Source: Clostridia bacterium (GTDB lineage: Bacteria > Bacillota > Clostridia > UBA1381 > UBA9506). Taken from it: 64,000 nucleotides of DNA. The notes beneath the pieces were generated by a model. It worked only from the letters and a program-made list of their open reading frames with translations. It was not told where the DNA came from and did no database searches. The stretch's first letter is position 1; each line of letters opens with the position of its first letter. The stretch spans positions 3,440 through 67,439 of the forward strand of contig JAZOBC010000024.1 of the NCBI GenBank assembly GCA_045595795.1, in the 5' to 3' direction. The position numbers and the translations under genes are program-made. Below, piece after piece: positions 48,931 to 58,659 of this stretch.

Positions 48931-49881
48931 ATGAAAGAATTTGATTTCAAGCCGGCTCACTGGCTGCCCTGCAGCGACGACGTTGAAATGTTAGAACGCG
49001 TTCGCAACATCAAACGTGAGGACATGGAATATACCAATGAAAACGGATATTCCGTTAAGGTCGTTTTAGACCCTGTTCAGCATTTAGCTATGGACCTGTT
49101 CTATAGAATTGCAGAAAGTGACAAAAACGACACCCCCTTAACCATCGTATGCCCCAACCAGTGGCCCGAGACTTATTCTGCTGTGGCAAACATGATTAAC
49201 AAATATCGCATCAACTGCCGTAACCTGAATGCTTTTGCAATGGATGAATGGGCAGATGAAGATGGTAACGTTGCACCTCTGACCTACGGTGCCGGTCTGG
49301 GCTATTCCTTTATGAATCATTTTTACATGAACATCGACCCCGACCTGCGTCCCCCGGTAGAACAGTGGCATGTTTTCACCAATGACAACATCTATGACTA
49401 TTCCAACATCATTGAAGAAGTTGGTGGCGGCGGTGCTGACGTGGTTTATTCTGCAACCGGTTGGCCCGGACACACCGCATTCATCGACCCCAGAACTGAA
49501 GAATTCAAGGCTGATTCTATGGAAGAATTCTTAAAGCTGGGCTCCAGACTGGTGACTGAAACACCGCTGACCATTTGCGAGAACTCTCTGTTTGCTCCCA
49601 TGGGTGCTTCCGGTGACGTTTGGGCTGTTCCGCCTAAGGCTGCTACCATTGGTCCTCGTGATATTGCCAACGCAAGAGACCATTTTGAAGTGCACAACTT
49701 TGTCAATCCCGGTGGAGACTCCTGGCAGCGCATGATTTCCAGAATTCAGCTCTACGGACCGATTTCTATGGAATGTCCCGCTTCCATCACACGTCTCTTT
49801 AAGGGTGAATGCTACGTTTCAGAAGCCATTGCAAAACCCTTCGGCTCCTGGACCTGCGGCATCAAAAACGCTGATCTGTAA
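48931..49881 (+). CDS. Glucosamine-6-phosphate deaminase/6-phosphogluconolactonase-superfamily protein (divergent NagB-like)
   Basis: FAMDEW (compare NagB FNLDEY) and ATGWPGHTAFIDP (compare GIGxDGHIAFNEP). 316 aa, longer than canonical NagB. Confidence 0.6.
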   Translation: MKEFDFKPAHWLPCSDDVEMLERVRNIKREDMEYTNENGYSVKVVLDPVQHLAMDLFYRIAESDKNDTPLTIVCPNQWPETYSAVANMINKYRINCRNLNAFAMDEWADEDGNVAPLTYGAGLGYSFMNHFYMNIDPDLRPPVEQWHVFTNDNIYDYSNIIEEVGGGGADVVYSATGWPGHTAFIDPRTEEFKADSMEEFLKLGSRLVTETPLTICENSLFAPMGASGDVWAVPPKAATIGPRDIANARDHFEVHNFVNPGGDSWQRMISRIQLYGPISMECPASITRLFKGECYVSEAIAKPFGSWTCGIKNADL

Positions 49882-49906
49882 ACCGATTAAACAAGAAAAT
49901 GTATAT

Positions 49907-49940
49907 GCCGAGTGTTCTAACGAACACTCGGCAGTTTTTT
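49907..49940 (+). terminator. Intrinsic terminator
   Basis: GCCGAGTGTTC / GAACACTCGGC hairpin followed by AGTTTTTT. Confidence 0.85.
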
Positions 49941-49982
49941 ACCTTGTGGCAGGTGCACTTTTGATTGATTCAAGAAGATCAC

Positions 49983-50011
49983 TTGAAAAAACAACAATTT
50001 TTCAGTATAAT
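49983..50011 (+). promoter_or_regulatory. Sigma-A promoter of the small ORF
   Basis: TTGAAA (49983-49988), 17-nt spacer, TATAAT (50006-50011). Confidence 0.65.
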
Positions 50012-50029
50012 AATTGCTGAGGTGATTGT

Positions 50030-50203
50030 ATGAAAAAATTTAAAACACCATCTATTCCCCCAACAACCAATAAATGTATTCGCTTTCCAAATGATATAAT
50101 TGATAAGGTAGAAAAATCAATCGAAGGTACAAATTGCACGTTTACAGCTTTTGTTGTGGAAGCTGTAAGAGTTGCACTGGAAAACATTGAAGAAGAACAA
50201 TAA
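50030..50203 (+). CDS. 57-aa ribbon-helix-helix-like small protein (YlcI/YnfO-like pattern), missing from the ORF track
   Basis: Hand translation gives MKKFKTPSIPPTTNKCIRFPNDIIDKVEKSIEGTNCTFTAFVVEAVRVALENIEEEQ. RBS GAGGTGA, with its own promoter and terminator. Confidence 0.6.
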   Translation: MKKFKTPSIPPTTNKCIRFPNDIIDKVEKSIEGTNCTFTAFVVEAVRVALENIEEEQ

Positions 50204-50220
50204 TTGTTTTTTACAATGGC

Positions 50221-50252
50221 AAAAGGTCGTAGCAAATCGCTACGACCTTTTT
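50221..50252. terminator. Bidirectional intrinsic terminator
   Basis: AAAAGGTCGTAGC / GCTACGACCTTTT with a 5-nt loop. Confidence 0.85.
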
Positions 50253-50277
50253 ATGCTTATGCCTCAATGCTTTTTTC

Positions 50278-50721
50278 TTATATTCTTTTTTTCAAATACA
50301 CCATATCCACAAGCTGTTTGCCACACTCAAAAATGGGATGGTCGTAATTGTCAACAAAAAAGTTCTGTTTCACATGAGAACGGGTAAAGCCACACTTTTC
50401 ATAAAACGGAACTGTCAAAGGGCTGTCACCTGTTCCCACCTGCAAAACAGAAAACCGCTCGCTATATATGCTTGCCACATGGTCAATCATCTGCCTTGCA
50501 TAACCCTTGCGCTGAAAATCCGGCGCTGTGGCAAGGTTTTTAATTTCTAAAACTCCATCGTCCTCGTCCGTTACAACACAAACGGCTATCACCGAATCCT
50601 CTTGCAGAACATACATATCTCCACGGTCTAAATATAAATCAATCATACTCTCTTGCTCATCAGCAAGCAACAATAAATCAAGATATTTCTTTTTATTTTC
50701 CTTCACTTGGATGATTGCCAC
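50278..50721 (-). CDS. GNAT-family N-acetyltransferase
   Basis: 147 aa with the acetyl-CoA motif FQRKGYARQMIDH. The start overlaps the upstream AraC gene by 19 nt. Confidence 0.85.
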   Translation of the reverse strand: MAIIQVKENKKKYLDLLLLADEQESMIDLYLDRGDMYVLQEDSVIAVCVVTDEDDGVLEIKNLATAPDFQRKGYARQMIDHVASIYSERFSVLQVGTGDSPLTVPFYEKCGFTRSHVKQNFFVDNYDHPIFECGKQLVDMVYLKKRI

Positions 50722-51623
50722 GGTGCAACGCCGCCTCCAAAAATTTTATCATAATCACTGAAATTAAAAGAATAGTCTACCGAGTTTTCCTTAAATTCTG
50801 AAATAGTCATCCCCATGGTGGATTTAAAAAGCCGGGAAAGATAGTTGCCGTCTGTGATACCGACCTCTTTGGCCGCTTCTTTTAACGTCATTTGAGCATC
50901 CACAATGAGCGACGCCACTTTACGCATTTTCATCAAATTCACATAGGAGATGATGGACATATCATTCTTTTTGCGAAACAGTTGATTTAAATAATTGGGA
51001 TTTTTACCGGTACATTCTGCCAAATCAGCCAACGTAATTTTTTTATCTAAATTGTGATGGATATATTTTTTGATTCGGCCGTCTAACACATCGGTAATGC
51101 CACCGGATTTAGGACGCGTGGAAATCTCCTCTGTTGCAGCACGGGCAATATCACACAAAAGCCGTGCCACCATAGCACCGCACCAAGTGTGACTGATGGA
51201 ATCGCCCTTTTGGTATTCCTGAATGATTTGACGTAGGGTTTGATGCAATGACTCCGTCTGAGCACAATACGGAAGGCAAACAGGCACCCGAAGCCTATCG
51301 CTTTGCATTAGAGTCGACTCATCAACCAACACTGATTCAGCATCAACCATTGCAGAAACCGTATAGTGGATATGCGATGTGTTTTCCAAAGAGCGCAAGG
51401 ACATTTCATATTTACGGGGCATAATTAAAAAGCTTTTTTCTTCTACGGTAAAGGTTTTGCCGAGCATCTCTACCTCCACCGCACCTGCCTCAATGTAGGC
51501 AATTTCAATATTCGGCACCATAGGTTGGAATATTACCCGATAATTCGGACAGGAATAGATATGCGCAAAAACCACTTCAGGAACCGTTTTTAAGCTAATG
51601 ATGTTATAGAGCATGGACTTCAC
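50703..51623 (-). CDS. AraC-family transcriptional regulator
   Basis: 306 aa with a cupin-like N-domain and a C-terminal double HTH (ITLADLAECTGKNPNYLNQLFRKK...). Confidence 0.88.
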   Translation of the reverse strand: MKSMLYNIISLKTVPEVVFAHIYSCPNYRVIFQPMVPNIEIAYIEAGAVEVEMLGKTFTVEEKSFLIMPRKYEMSLRSLENTSHIHYTVSAMVDAESVLVDESTLMQSDRLRVPVCLPYCAQTESLHQTLRQIIQEYQKGDSISHTWCGAMVARLLCDIARAATEEISTRPKSGGITDVLDGRIKKYIHHNLDKKITLADLAECTGKNPNYLNQLFRKKNDMSIISYVNLMKMRKVASLIVDAQMTLKEAAKEVGITDGNYLSRLFKSTMGMTISEFKENSVDYSFNFSDYDKIFGGGVAPWQSSK

Positions 51624-51644
51624 CCCTTTAAAGCCGTAAAACGA

Positions 51645-52613
51645 TTATTCTTCTTGTTTCAACTCCCCTGTGCGCTCTGAAATAATGTAGCGAGGTCTTT
51701 GCTTAATTTCCATATAAATTTTTCCGATATATTCTCCCACAACGCCCAGACTCAAAAGCTGTACACCGGAAACCAGGCACAAAATACAAGTGGTTGAAGC
51801 CCAACCGGAAACGGTTTGTTCTAAAAGATAGGCAATCAAAATCCACAAAATGCCGATGACACTTAAAAAGGACACGATAAATCCTAAAGTTGCAATGATT
51901 CTTAAAGGTTTAATGGAAAGACTGGTGATGCCATCAATGGCAAGTGCCAGCATTTTTGATAAGGGATAGTGTGACTCACCTGCGATGCGTTCATTACGGG
52001 CATAGGTTACAACTGTGCTCTTAAAGCCAACTAAAGGGAACATACCACGCAAAAAGAGATTAACCTCCTTAAAATCAGCAAACGCCTTGAGCACACGACT
52101 GCTTGTTAAACGGTAATCCGCATGATTATAGACGCTTTCAACACCCATAACCTTTAAAATTTTATAAAAGGACTGCGCCGTGAAGCGCTTGAAGAATGTA
52201 TCCGTGCTGCGGTCTGACCGAACACCATATACTACATCACTGCCTTTTGCATATTCATCCACCATCTGCTCCATTGCCGTGATGTCGTCCTGACCGTCAC
52301 AGTCAATGCTGATGGCAATATCGCACCGGTCCTTCACTTCCATCAGACCGGCTAACACAGCATTTTGATGGCCTCTGTTGCGGCTTTGAGAAATACCACA
52401 GAAGCAGGAATCGCTCTCGGATAACTGCATGATGATTTCCCATGTTTTATCCTTTGAGCCATCGTTGACAAATAAAATACGGCTCTCGGCACTAATTTTC
52501 TGCTTAGAAATCAAGTCCTGCAGTTCATTTTTAAACATGGGAGCTGTAATCGGCAGAACTGCCTGCTCATTATAACAAGGAATAACAACATACAAAATTG
52601 GCAACTTTTCCAT
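51645..52613 (-). CDS. GT2 polyprenyl-phosphate glycosyltransferase (GtrB/ArnC-like)
   Basis: VIPCYNE, FVNDGSKD and IDCDGQDD motifs plus two C-terminal TM helices. 322 aa. Confidence 0.88.
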   Translation of the reverse strand: MEKLPILYVVIPCYNEQAVLPITAPMFKNELQDLISKQKISAESRILFVNDGSKDKTWEIIMQLSESDSCFCGISQSRNRGHQNAVLAGLMEVKDRCDIAISIDCDGQDDITAMEQMVDEYAKGSDVVYGVRSDRSTDTFFKRFTAQSFYKILKVMGVESVYNHADYRLTSSRVLKAFADFKEVNLFLRGMFPLVGFKSTVVTYARNERIAGESHYPLSKMLALAIDGITSLSIKPLRIIATLGFIVSFLSVIGILWILIAYLLEQTVSGWASTTCILCLVSGVQLLSLGVVGEYIGKIYMEIKQRPRYIISERTGELKQEE

Positions 52614-52672
52614 TTTCTTTCTCCTTTACTATAGTTTTATTTCGAAAAGCACATATAAACTCTCCTGTATTG

Positions 52673-52707
52673 AGAAAAAACTACAGTTTGATAACAACTG
52701 TAGTTTT
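52673..52707 (-). terminator. Intrinsic terminator directly after tRNA-Thr
   Basis: 12-bp stem AAAACTACAGTT / AACTGTAGTTTT with a 7-nt loop and a U-run on the minus strand. Confidence 0.8.
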
Positions 52708-52708
52708 A

Positions 52709-52784
52709 TGGAGCTGGAGATGGGACTTGAACCCACGACCTGCTGATTACGAATCAGCTGCGCTACCAACTGTGCCACTCCAGC
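52709..52784 (-). tRNA. tRNA-Thr (anticodon CGU), CCA encoded
   Basis: Folded by hand: acceptor GCTGGAG/CTCCAGC, anticodon stem GCTGA/TCAGC with loop TTCGTAA, T-arm GTGGG-TTCAAGT-CCCAT, 3' TCCA. 76 nt. Confidence 0.93.
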
Positions 52785-52805
52785 ATATGTAATTGAAACA
52801 TACAT

Positions 52806-52834
52806 ATTATACTATGACCGCTACATTTTGTCAA
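52806..52834 (-). promoter_or_regulatory. Sigma-A promoter of tRNA-Thr
   Basis: On the minus strand: TTGACA (52834-52829), 17-nt spacer, TATAAT (52811-52806), about 20 nt upstream of the mature 5' end. Confidence 0.8.
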
Positions 52835-52889
52835 GAGAGGATTCCCGTTTTTCTCGAAATTTATCTTCGTTAGTGAAAAAAGCGAGAGA

Positions 52890-53044
52890 AACAAAAACCG
52901 CTCCTGAAGGAACGGTCAACAAACAATATGTCATTTTGGAAAATACCCCTAAAAAGAGGCATACCGACGTTGCTTTGGCGACAACATCGGCACGGTTCAT
53001 GGTACTATATGAAAGGGGGGGGTGACAAAACTATAAATCTATCC
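52890..53044 (-). ncRNA. Candidate orphan transcript of about 155 nt, unknown class
   Basis: It lies between the promoter at 53051-53079 and a hairpin plus U-run at 52893-52916. It contains a 9-bp internal hairpin and a C8 run, and has no ORF with an RBS. Confidence 0.3.
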
Positions 53045-53050
53045 ACTACT

Positions 53051-53079
53051 ATTTTACACCATGTATTTAAATTTGTAAA
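53051..53079 (-). promoter_or_regulatory. Sigma-A type promoter with an AT-rich upstream region
   Basis: On the minus strand: TTTACA (53079-53074), 17-nt spacer, TAAAAT (53056-53051), preceded by AAATATATAAAAAAAGTA. Confidence 0.5.
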
Positions 53080-53150
53080 TACTTTTTTTATATATTTCAA
53101 AATTACATTCAATTGGTTGTATATTGTTACACCTGACAATCAATATAACC

Positions 53151-53185
53151 ATAAAAGAAGCTGTCGCAACTGCTGCGACAGCTTC
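53151..53185 (-). terminator. Intrinsic terminator after groEL
   Basis: GAAGCTGTCGCA / TGCGACAGCTTC, 12-bp stem, followed by TTTTAT on the minus strand. Confidence 0.85.
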
Positions 53186-53201
53186 CCAACTTTACTTCAT
53201 C

Positions 53202-54845
<1,644 letters not shown>

Positions 54846-54849
54846 TTAA

Positions 54850-55149
<300 letters not shown>

Positions 55150-55177
55150 TTATATAAAACAAATTTTAAACAAATTG

Positions 55178-55204
55178 TTAGCACTCTTTTGTGTTGAGTG
55201 CTAA
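55178..55204 (-). promoter_or_regulatory. CIRCE operator (HrcA binding site)
   Basis: Perfect consensus TTAGCACTC-N9-GAGTGCTAA, between the groES promoter and its RBS. Confidence 0.95.
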
Positions 55205-55214
55205 TCATAGGTAT

Positions 55215-55243
55215 ATATTACTCAATATTTCACATTTTGGCAA
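55215..55243 (-). promoter_or_regulatory. Sigma-A promoter of groES-groEL
   Basis: On the minus strand: TTGCCA, 17-nt spacer, TAATAT, immediately upstream of CIRCE. Confidence 0.7.
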
Positions 55244-55330
55244 ATATTATGCCGTGTCATTTTTTAAAATTATTCTTTGTTTGCTCTTATTTTCTCGATT
55301 TTTCTCTAAATTTCTTTAAGTTTCTAAAAG

Positions 55331-55359
55331 TTGATAATTTTTAGGTCCTCTGTTATACT
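55331..55359 (+). promoter_or_regulatory. Sigma-A promoter of the flavoprotein-hflX-yigZ unit
   Basis: TTGATA (55331-55336), 17-nt spacer, TATACT (55354-55359). Confidence 0.6.
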
Positions 55360-55399
55360 AAGATACAGGACAAAATATTGAGAGAATGAGTGGATTTGC

Positions 55400-56653
55400 A
55401 TGGATTTTGACGTATTGGTCATCGGCGGTGGTGCTGCCGGCATGATTGCTGCCGGAACGGCTGCTTCATATGGCGCTCGTGTAGCGCTTCTTGAAAAAAA
55501 TGAAAAACTGGGAAAAAAGCTGTTCATCACCGGCAAAGGGCGGTGCAACGTTACGAATGCTGCACCCATTTCCGAGTTTATGGAACAAATTCCCGGCAAC
55601 GGTCGATTTTTATACAGCGCCTTTTCTTCTTTTAATAATGAAGACGTTCGCATGCTACTCCAAAACCACGGTGTTGAAACCAAGGTTGAACGTGGGGGCA
55701 GGGTGTTTCCTGTCAGCGACAAATCCTCTGACGTAATTCGTGCCTTTTCAGCGTATGCTCAGTATAGTCAGGCTGTTCACTTAAATACAAAGGTAACAGA
55801 ACTATGCACTGAGAATGGCTCTGTTCGTGGCCTAAGGCTTTCAGATGGCAAAATGCTTACCGCCCCGTGCATTATCGTTGCCACCGGTGGCATCAGCTAT
55901 CCGCAAACAGGTTCCGATGGTGACGGCTATCGCTTTGCGCGTTCTGTGGGACATAGCATGATAGAGCCGAAAGCTTCTTTAGTGCCGTTGGAAACCGTAG
56001 AAGATTGGCCAAAGGATGCCATGGGGCTTTCCCTTAAAAATGTGCGACTGACCGCACTGAACCAAGATCAGAAGGTGCTGTTCTCATCAGAGGGTGAATT
56101 GCTCTTTTCTCATTTTGGTGTCACAGGCCCCTTGGTGCTTTCTGCAAGTGCCCATATGCGTGACTATGCAAAAAATCGCTATCAGCTTGTGATTGACCTA
56201 AAACCCGCGCTTTCGTCTGAGCAGCTTGACAATCGTATTTTGCGGGATTTTGCAACAGAAACCAACAAAGATTTCATCAACAGCTTAGATAAATTACTGC
56301 CCAAAAAGTTGATTCCTGTCATTGTGTCACTCTCCACAATTAATCCCCGAAAAAAAGTGAATGAAATCACCAAGGAAGAACGCTTACGTCTGGTGAACTT
56401 ATTGAAAAATCTGTCCCTTTCTGTTAAGCGTCCTCGTCCCATTGCTGAAGCCATCATCACAGCAGGGGGCATTAACACAAAAGAAATTTCTCCTAAAACC
56501 ATGGAATCGCGCCTGGTGAAGGGACTCTATTTCGCCGGCGAGGTGATTGACATAGACGCCTACACCGGCGGTTATAATTTGCAAATTGCTTTTTCTACCG
56601 GCTATCTGGCAGGAAAAAGCGCCGCCGAGGCTGTTCTCGGCTACACTTTGTAA
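55400..56653 (+). CDS. BaiN/RdsA (HI0933-like) family NAD(P)/FAD-dependent oxidoreductase
   Basis: FDVLVIGGGAAGMIAAG dinucleotide motif and ITGKGRCNVTN, hallmarks of the HI0933 family. 417 aa. Confidence 0.85.
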   Translation: MDFDVLVIGGGAAGMIAAGTAASYGARVALLEKNEKLGKKLFITGKGRCNVTNAAPISEFMEQIPGNGRFLYSAFSSFNNEDVRMLLQNHGVETKVERGGRVFPVSDKSSDVIRAFSAYAQYSQAVHLNTKVTELCTENGSVRGLRLSDGKMLTAPCIIVATGGISYPQTGSDGDGYRFARSVGHSMIEPKASLVPLETVEDWPKDAMGLSLKNVRLTALNQDQKVLFSSEGELLFSHFGVTGPLVLSASAHMRDYAKNRYQLVIDLKPALSSEQLDNRILRDFATETNKDFINSLDKLLPKKLIPVIVSLSTINPRKKVNEITKEERLRLVNLLKNLSLSVKRPRPIAEAIITAGGINTKEISPKTMESRLVKGLYFAGEVIDIDAYTGGYNLQIAFSTGYLAGKSAAEAVLGYTL

Positions 56654-56669
56654 GAAAGGATATGCATCT

Positions 56670-57947
56670 ATGACGTTCGTTGAAACAAAGCAGGAACAGG
56701 AACGCGCTGTGTTAGCCGGTGTGCATACCGGCAGCGGCGACCCTTTAAAAGATACCACCGATGAATCAATGGCAGAGCTTGCAAGATTGGCAGAAACCGC
56801 CGGCGCCATCACGGTTGGCACATTGGTGCAGAATCGTCCCAGTCCTGAAAATGCCACCTATTTAGGCGAAGGCAAGGTGGAAGAGCTCTCTGCCGCCTGT
56901 CAATCTCTTGATGCAAGCCTGGTTATTTTTGATAGCGAACTTTCCCCCATTCAGTTAAAAAATTTAGAAAAAGAGCTGAAGCTTCGCGTCATTGACCGCA
57001 GTATGTTGATTTTAGATATATTCGCCCGCCACGCCCTATCGCGAGAAGGTAAAATTCAGGTAGAGCTGGCGCAGCTTCGCTACATGTTGCCGCGCCTGAC
57101 CGGCATCGGCACCCAGCTTTCCCGATTAGGCGCCGGTATCGGTACCCGTGGCCCCGGTGAAACAAGATTGGAGACCGACCGCCGACATATTCGCCGCCGC
57201 ATTCATCACTTGCAAGAGGCACTCTCTGAGGTGCGAAAGCATCGGGAGCTGCTGCGCGCCGGCCGGAAGAATGACAAGGCAATTACCGTGGCACTGGCAG
57301 GCTACACCAATGCGGGAAAATCTACTTTATTAAATATATTAACCGGCGCAGAGGTATATGCCGAAGACAAACTCTTTGCTACCTTAGACCCAACAGTTCG
57401 GGGCTTTTCCTTAGAAGACGGCAGACAGATTTTGCTCATTGATACGGTTGGCTTTATTCGCAAGCTGCCGCATCATTTAATTGAAGCTTTTAAATCCACC
57501 TTAGAAGAAATATCTCTTGCCGATGTCATCATTCATGTGGCAGACGGCTCCAGTCCGGAATATCTGCAACACATTCAGGTTGTCAGCAGCATTCTAACAG
57601 AATTAGGCGCCGGCGATAAGCCAGTGGTTTTGGCATTTAACAAAGCAGACGCTTTGACGCCCGACACAGAGCTGCCTACACAGCTTCCCGGCATCGAACG
57701 AATTGTATCCATCAGTGCCAAAACCGGTGAAGGATTGTCCTCACTCGTTGATGCCGTTGCTGATGTTGCACCCGGTAAAAAACAAGCGGTTTATTTAAAA
57801 ATCCCCTTCGCGCAAGGGGCGTTGCTTTCAGAATTGCATGACAACCATCCCATTTTAAGTGAAGAATATGAAGCAGACGGCACAAAGGTGCAGGTACTGC
57901 TGGATGCCAAGGATTATAACCGATTAAAAGCCTTTATGACAGAATAA
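56670..57947 (+). CDS. hflX: GTPase HflX
   Basis: HflX N-domain, then G-domain GYTNAGKST, DTVGF and NKAD. ATG 56670 follows AAAGGA; the track start at 56586 overlaps the upstream gene. Confidence 0.93.
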   Translation: MTFVETKQEQERAVLAGVHTGSGDPLKDTTDESMAELARLAETAGAITVGTLVQNRPSPENATYLGEGKVEELSAACQSLDASLVIFDSELSPIQLKNLEKELKLRVIDRSMLILDIFARHALSREGKIQVELAQLRYMLPRLTGIGTQLSRLGAGIGTRGPGETRLETDRRHIRRRIHHLQEALSEVRKHRELLRAGRKNDKAITVALAGYTNAGKSTLLNILTGAEVYAEDKLFATLDPTVRGFSLEDGRQILLIDTVGFIRKLPHHLIEAFKSTLEEISLADVIIHVADGSSPEYLQHIQVVSSILTELGAGDKPVVLAFNKADALTPDTELPTQLPGIERIVSISAKTGEGLSSLVDAVADVAPGKKQAVYLKIPFAQGALLSELHDNHPILSEEYEADGTKVQVLLDAKDYNRLKAFMTE

Positions 57948-57958
57948 GGAGCACACCC

Positions 57959-58588
57959 ATGAATCAGGACTACAGAACCATCAAGCAAGCCGGTCGGGCA
58001 GAACACATCGAAAAAAAATCCCGGTTTATTGCTACGGCACGTCCCGTGCAAACCGAGGAGCAGGCGCCTAGCTTTATTGCAGAAATGCGCAAGGAATTTT
58101 CCGACGCAACCCACAATACCTATGCTTATATCATCCGCGAAAATAATATTGCCCGTTTTTCGGACGACGGTGAACCCGGCGGCACAGCAGGCATGCCCAT
58201 GATGGAGGTTTTAAAGCAGGAAAAACTCACGGATGTGGCCGTGGTTGTGACCCGATATTTCGGTGGTATTTTGCTGGGTGCGGGTGGTTTGGTTCGGGCT
58301 TATTCCAAGGGTGCAAAAATCGGCGTTGACGCCGGAAAAATTTCGGTCATGACCTATTGCGGCGAAATACAGATTACGGTTAGCTATGACCTCTACGGCA
58401 AGCTACAATATCTGTTGGAGCAAAGCGGCCGAAAGATTGAACATGCTGATTTTGGTGCTGACGTCACCGTAACATTATTTGTTCCCGAAGCAGACATTCA
58501 GCCTTTAGAGAAACAAGTGGTTGAAGCAACAAACGGAAAAGCCGCGTTTTCTGTTATAAGTATGGGACATCGACTGATGGATGTATAA
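57959..58588 (+). CDS. yigZ: YigZ / IMPACT-family protein
   Basis: KKSRFIA...ATHNTYAY...DDGEPGGTAGMPM..VVVTRYFGGILLGAGGL pattern. 209 aa. Confidence 0.88.
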   Translation: MNQDYRTIKQAGRAEHIEKKSRFIATARPVQTEEQAPSFIAEMRKEFSDATHNTYAYIIRENNIARFSDDGEPGGTAGMPMMEVLKQEKLTDVAVVVTRYFGGILLGAGGLVRAYSKGAKIGVDAGKISVMTYCGEIQITVSYDLYGKLQYLLEQSGRKIEHADFGADVTVTLFVPEADIQPLEKQVVEATNGKAAFSVISMGHRLMDV

Positions 58589-58612
58589 AAAAACGATCTT
58601 GGTTTTATATAC

Positions 58613-58647
58613 AAAAGAGCTGTTGCACAATGTGCAACAGCTCTTTT
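58613..58647. terminator. Bidirectional intrinsic terminator
   Basis: AAAAGAGCTGTTGCAC / GTGCAACAGCTCTTTT, 16-bp stem. Confidence 0.9.
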
Positions 58648-58659
58648 ATTATCGCTTTG

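Noticed and set aside
42516-52708. The whole 10-kb stretch downstream of the tRNA-Thr 3' end as an integrated genomic island or prophage remnant.
   Set aside because: No integrase, recombinase or phage structural genes are present. I could not find a direct repeat of the tRNA 3' segment (TGGAGCTGGAGATGGGACTTGAACC) at any candidate distal boundary. Only the weaker islet idea is kept as a finding.
52598-52792. 64-aa plus-strand ORF covering the tRNA-Thr locus.
   Set aside because: It is the antisense strand of a well-folding tRNA and its terminator, with no RBS.
52824-53000. 59-codon minus-strand ORF (MNRADVVAKATSVCLF...) inside the candidate sRNA region, considered as a small hydrophobic toxin.
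   Set aside because: No Shine-Dalgarno sequence (the upstream sequence is a C8 run followed by TTTCATATAGTACC). The ORF reads through a terminator hairpin and the tRNA promoter. It is more likely non-coding.
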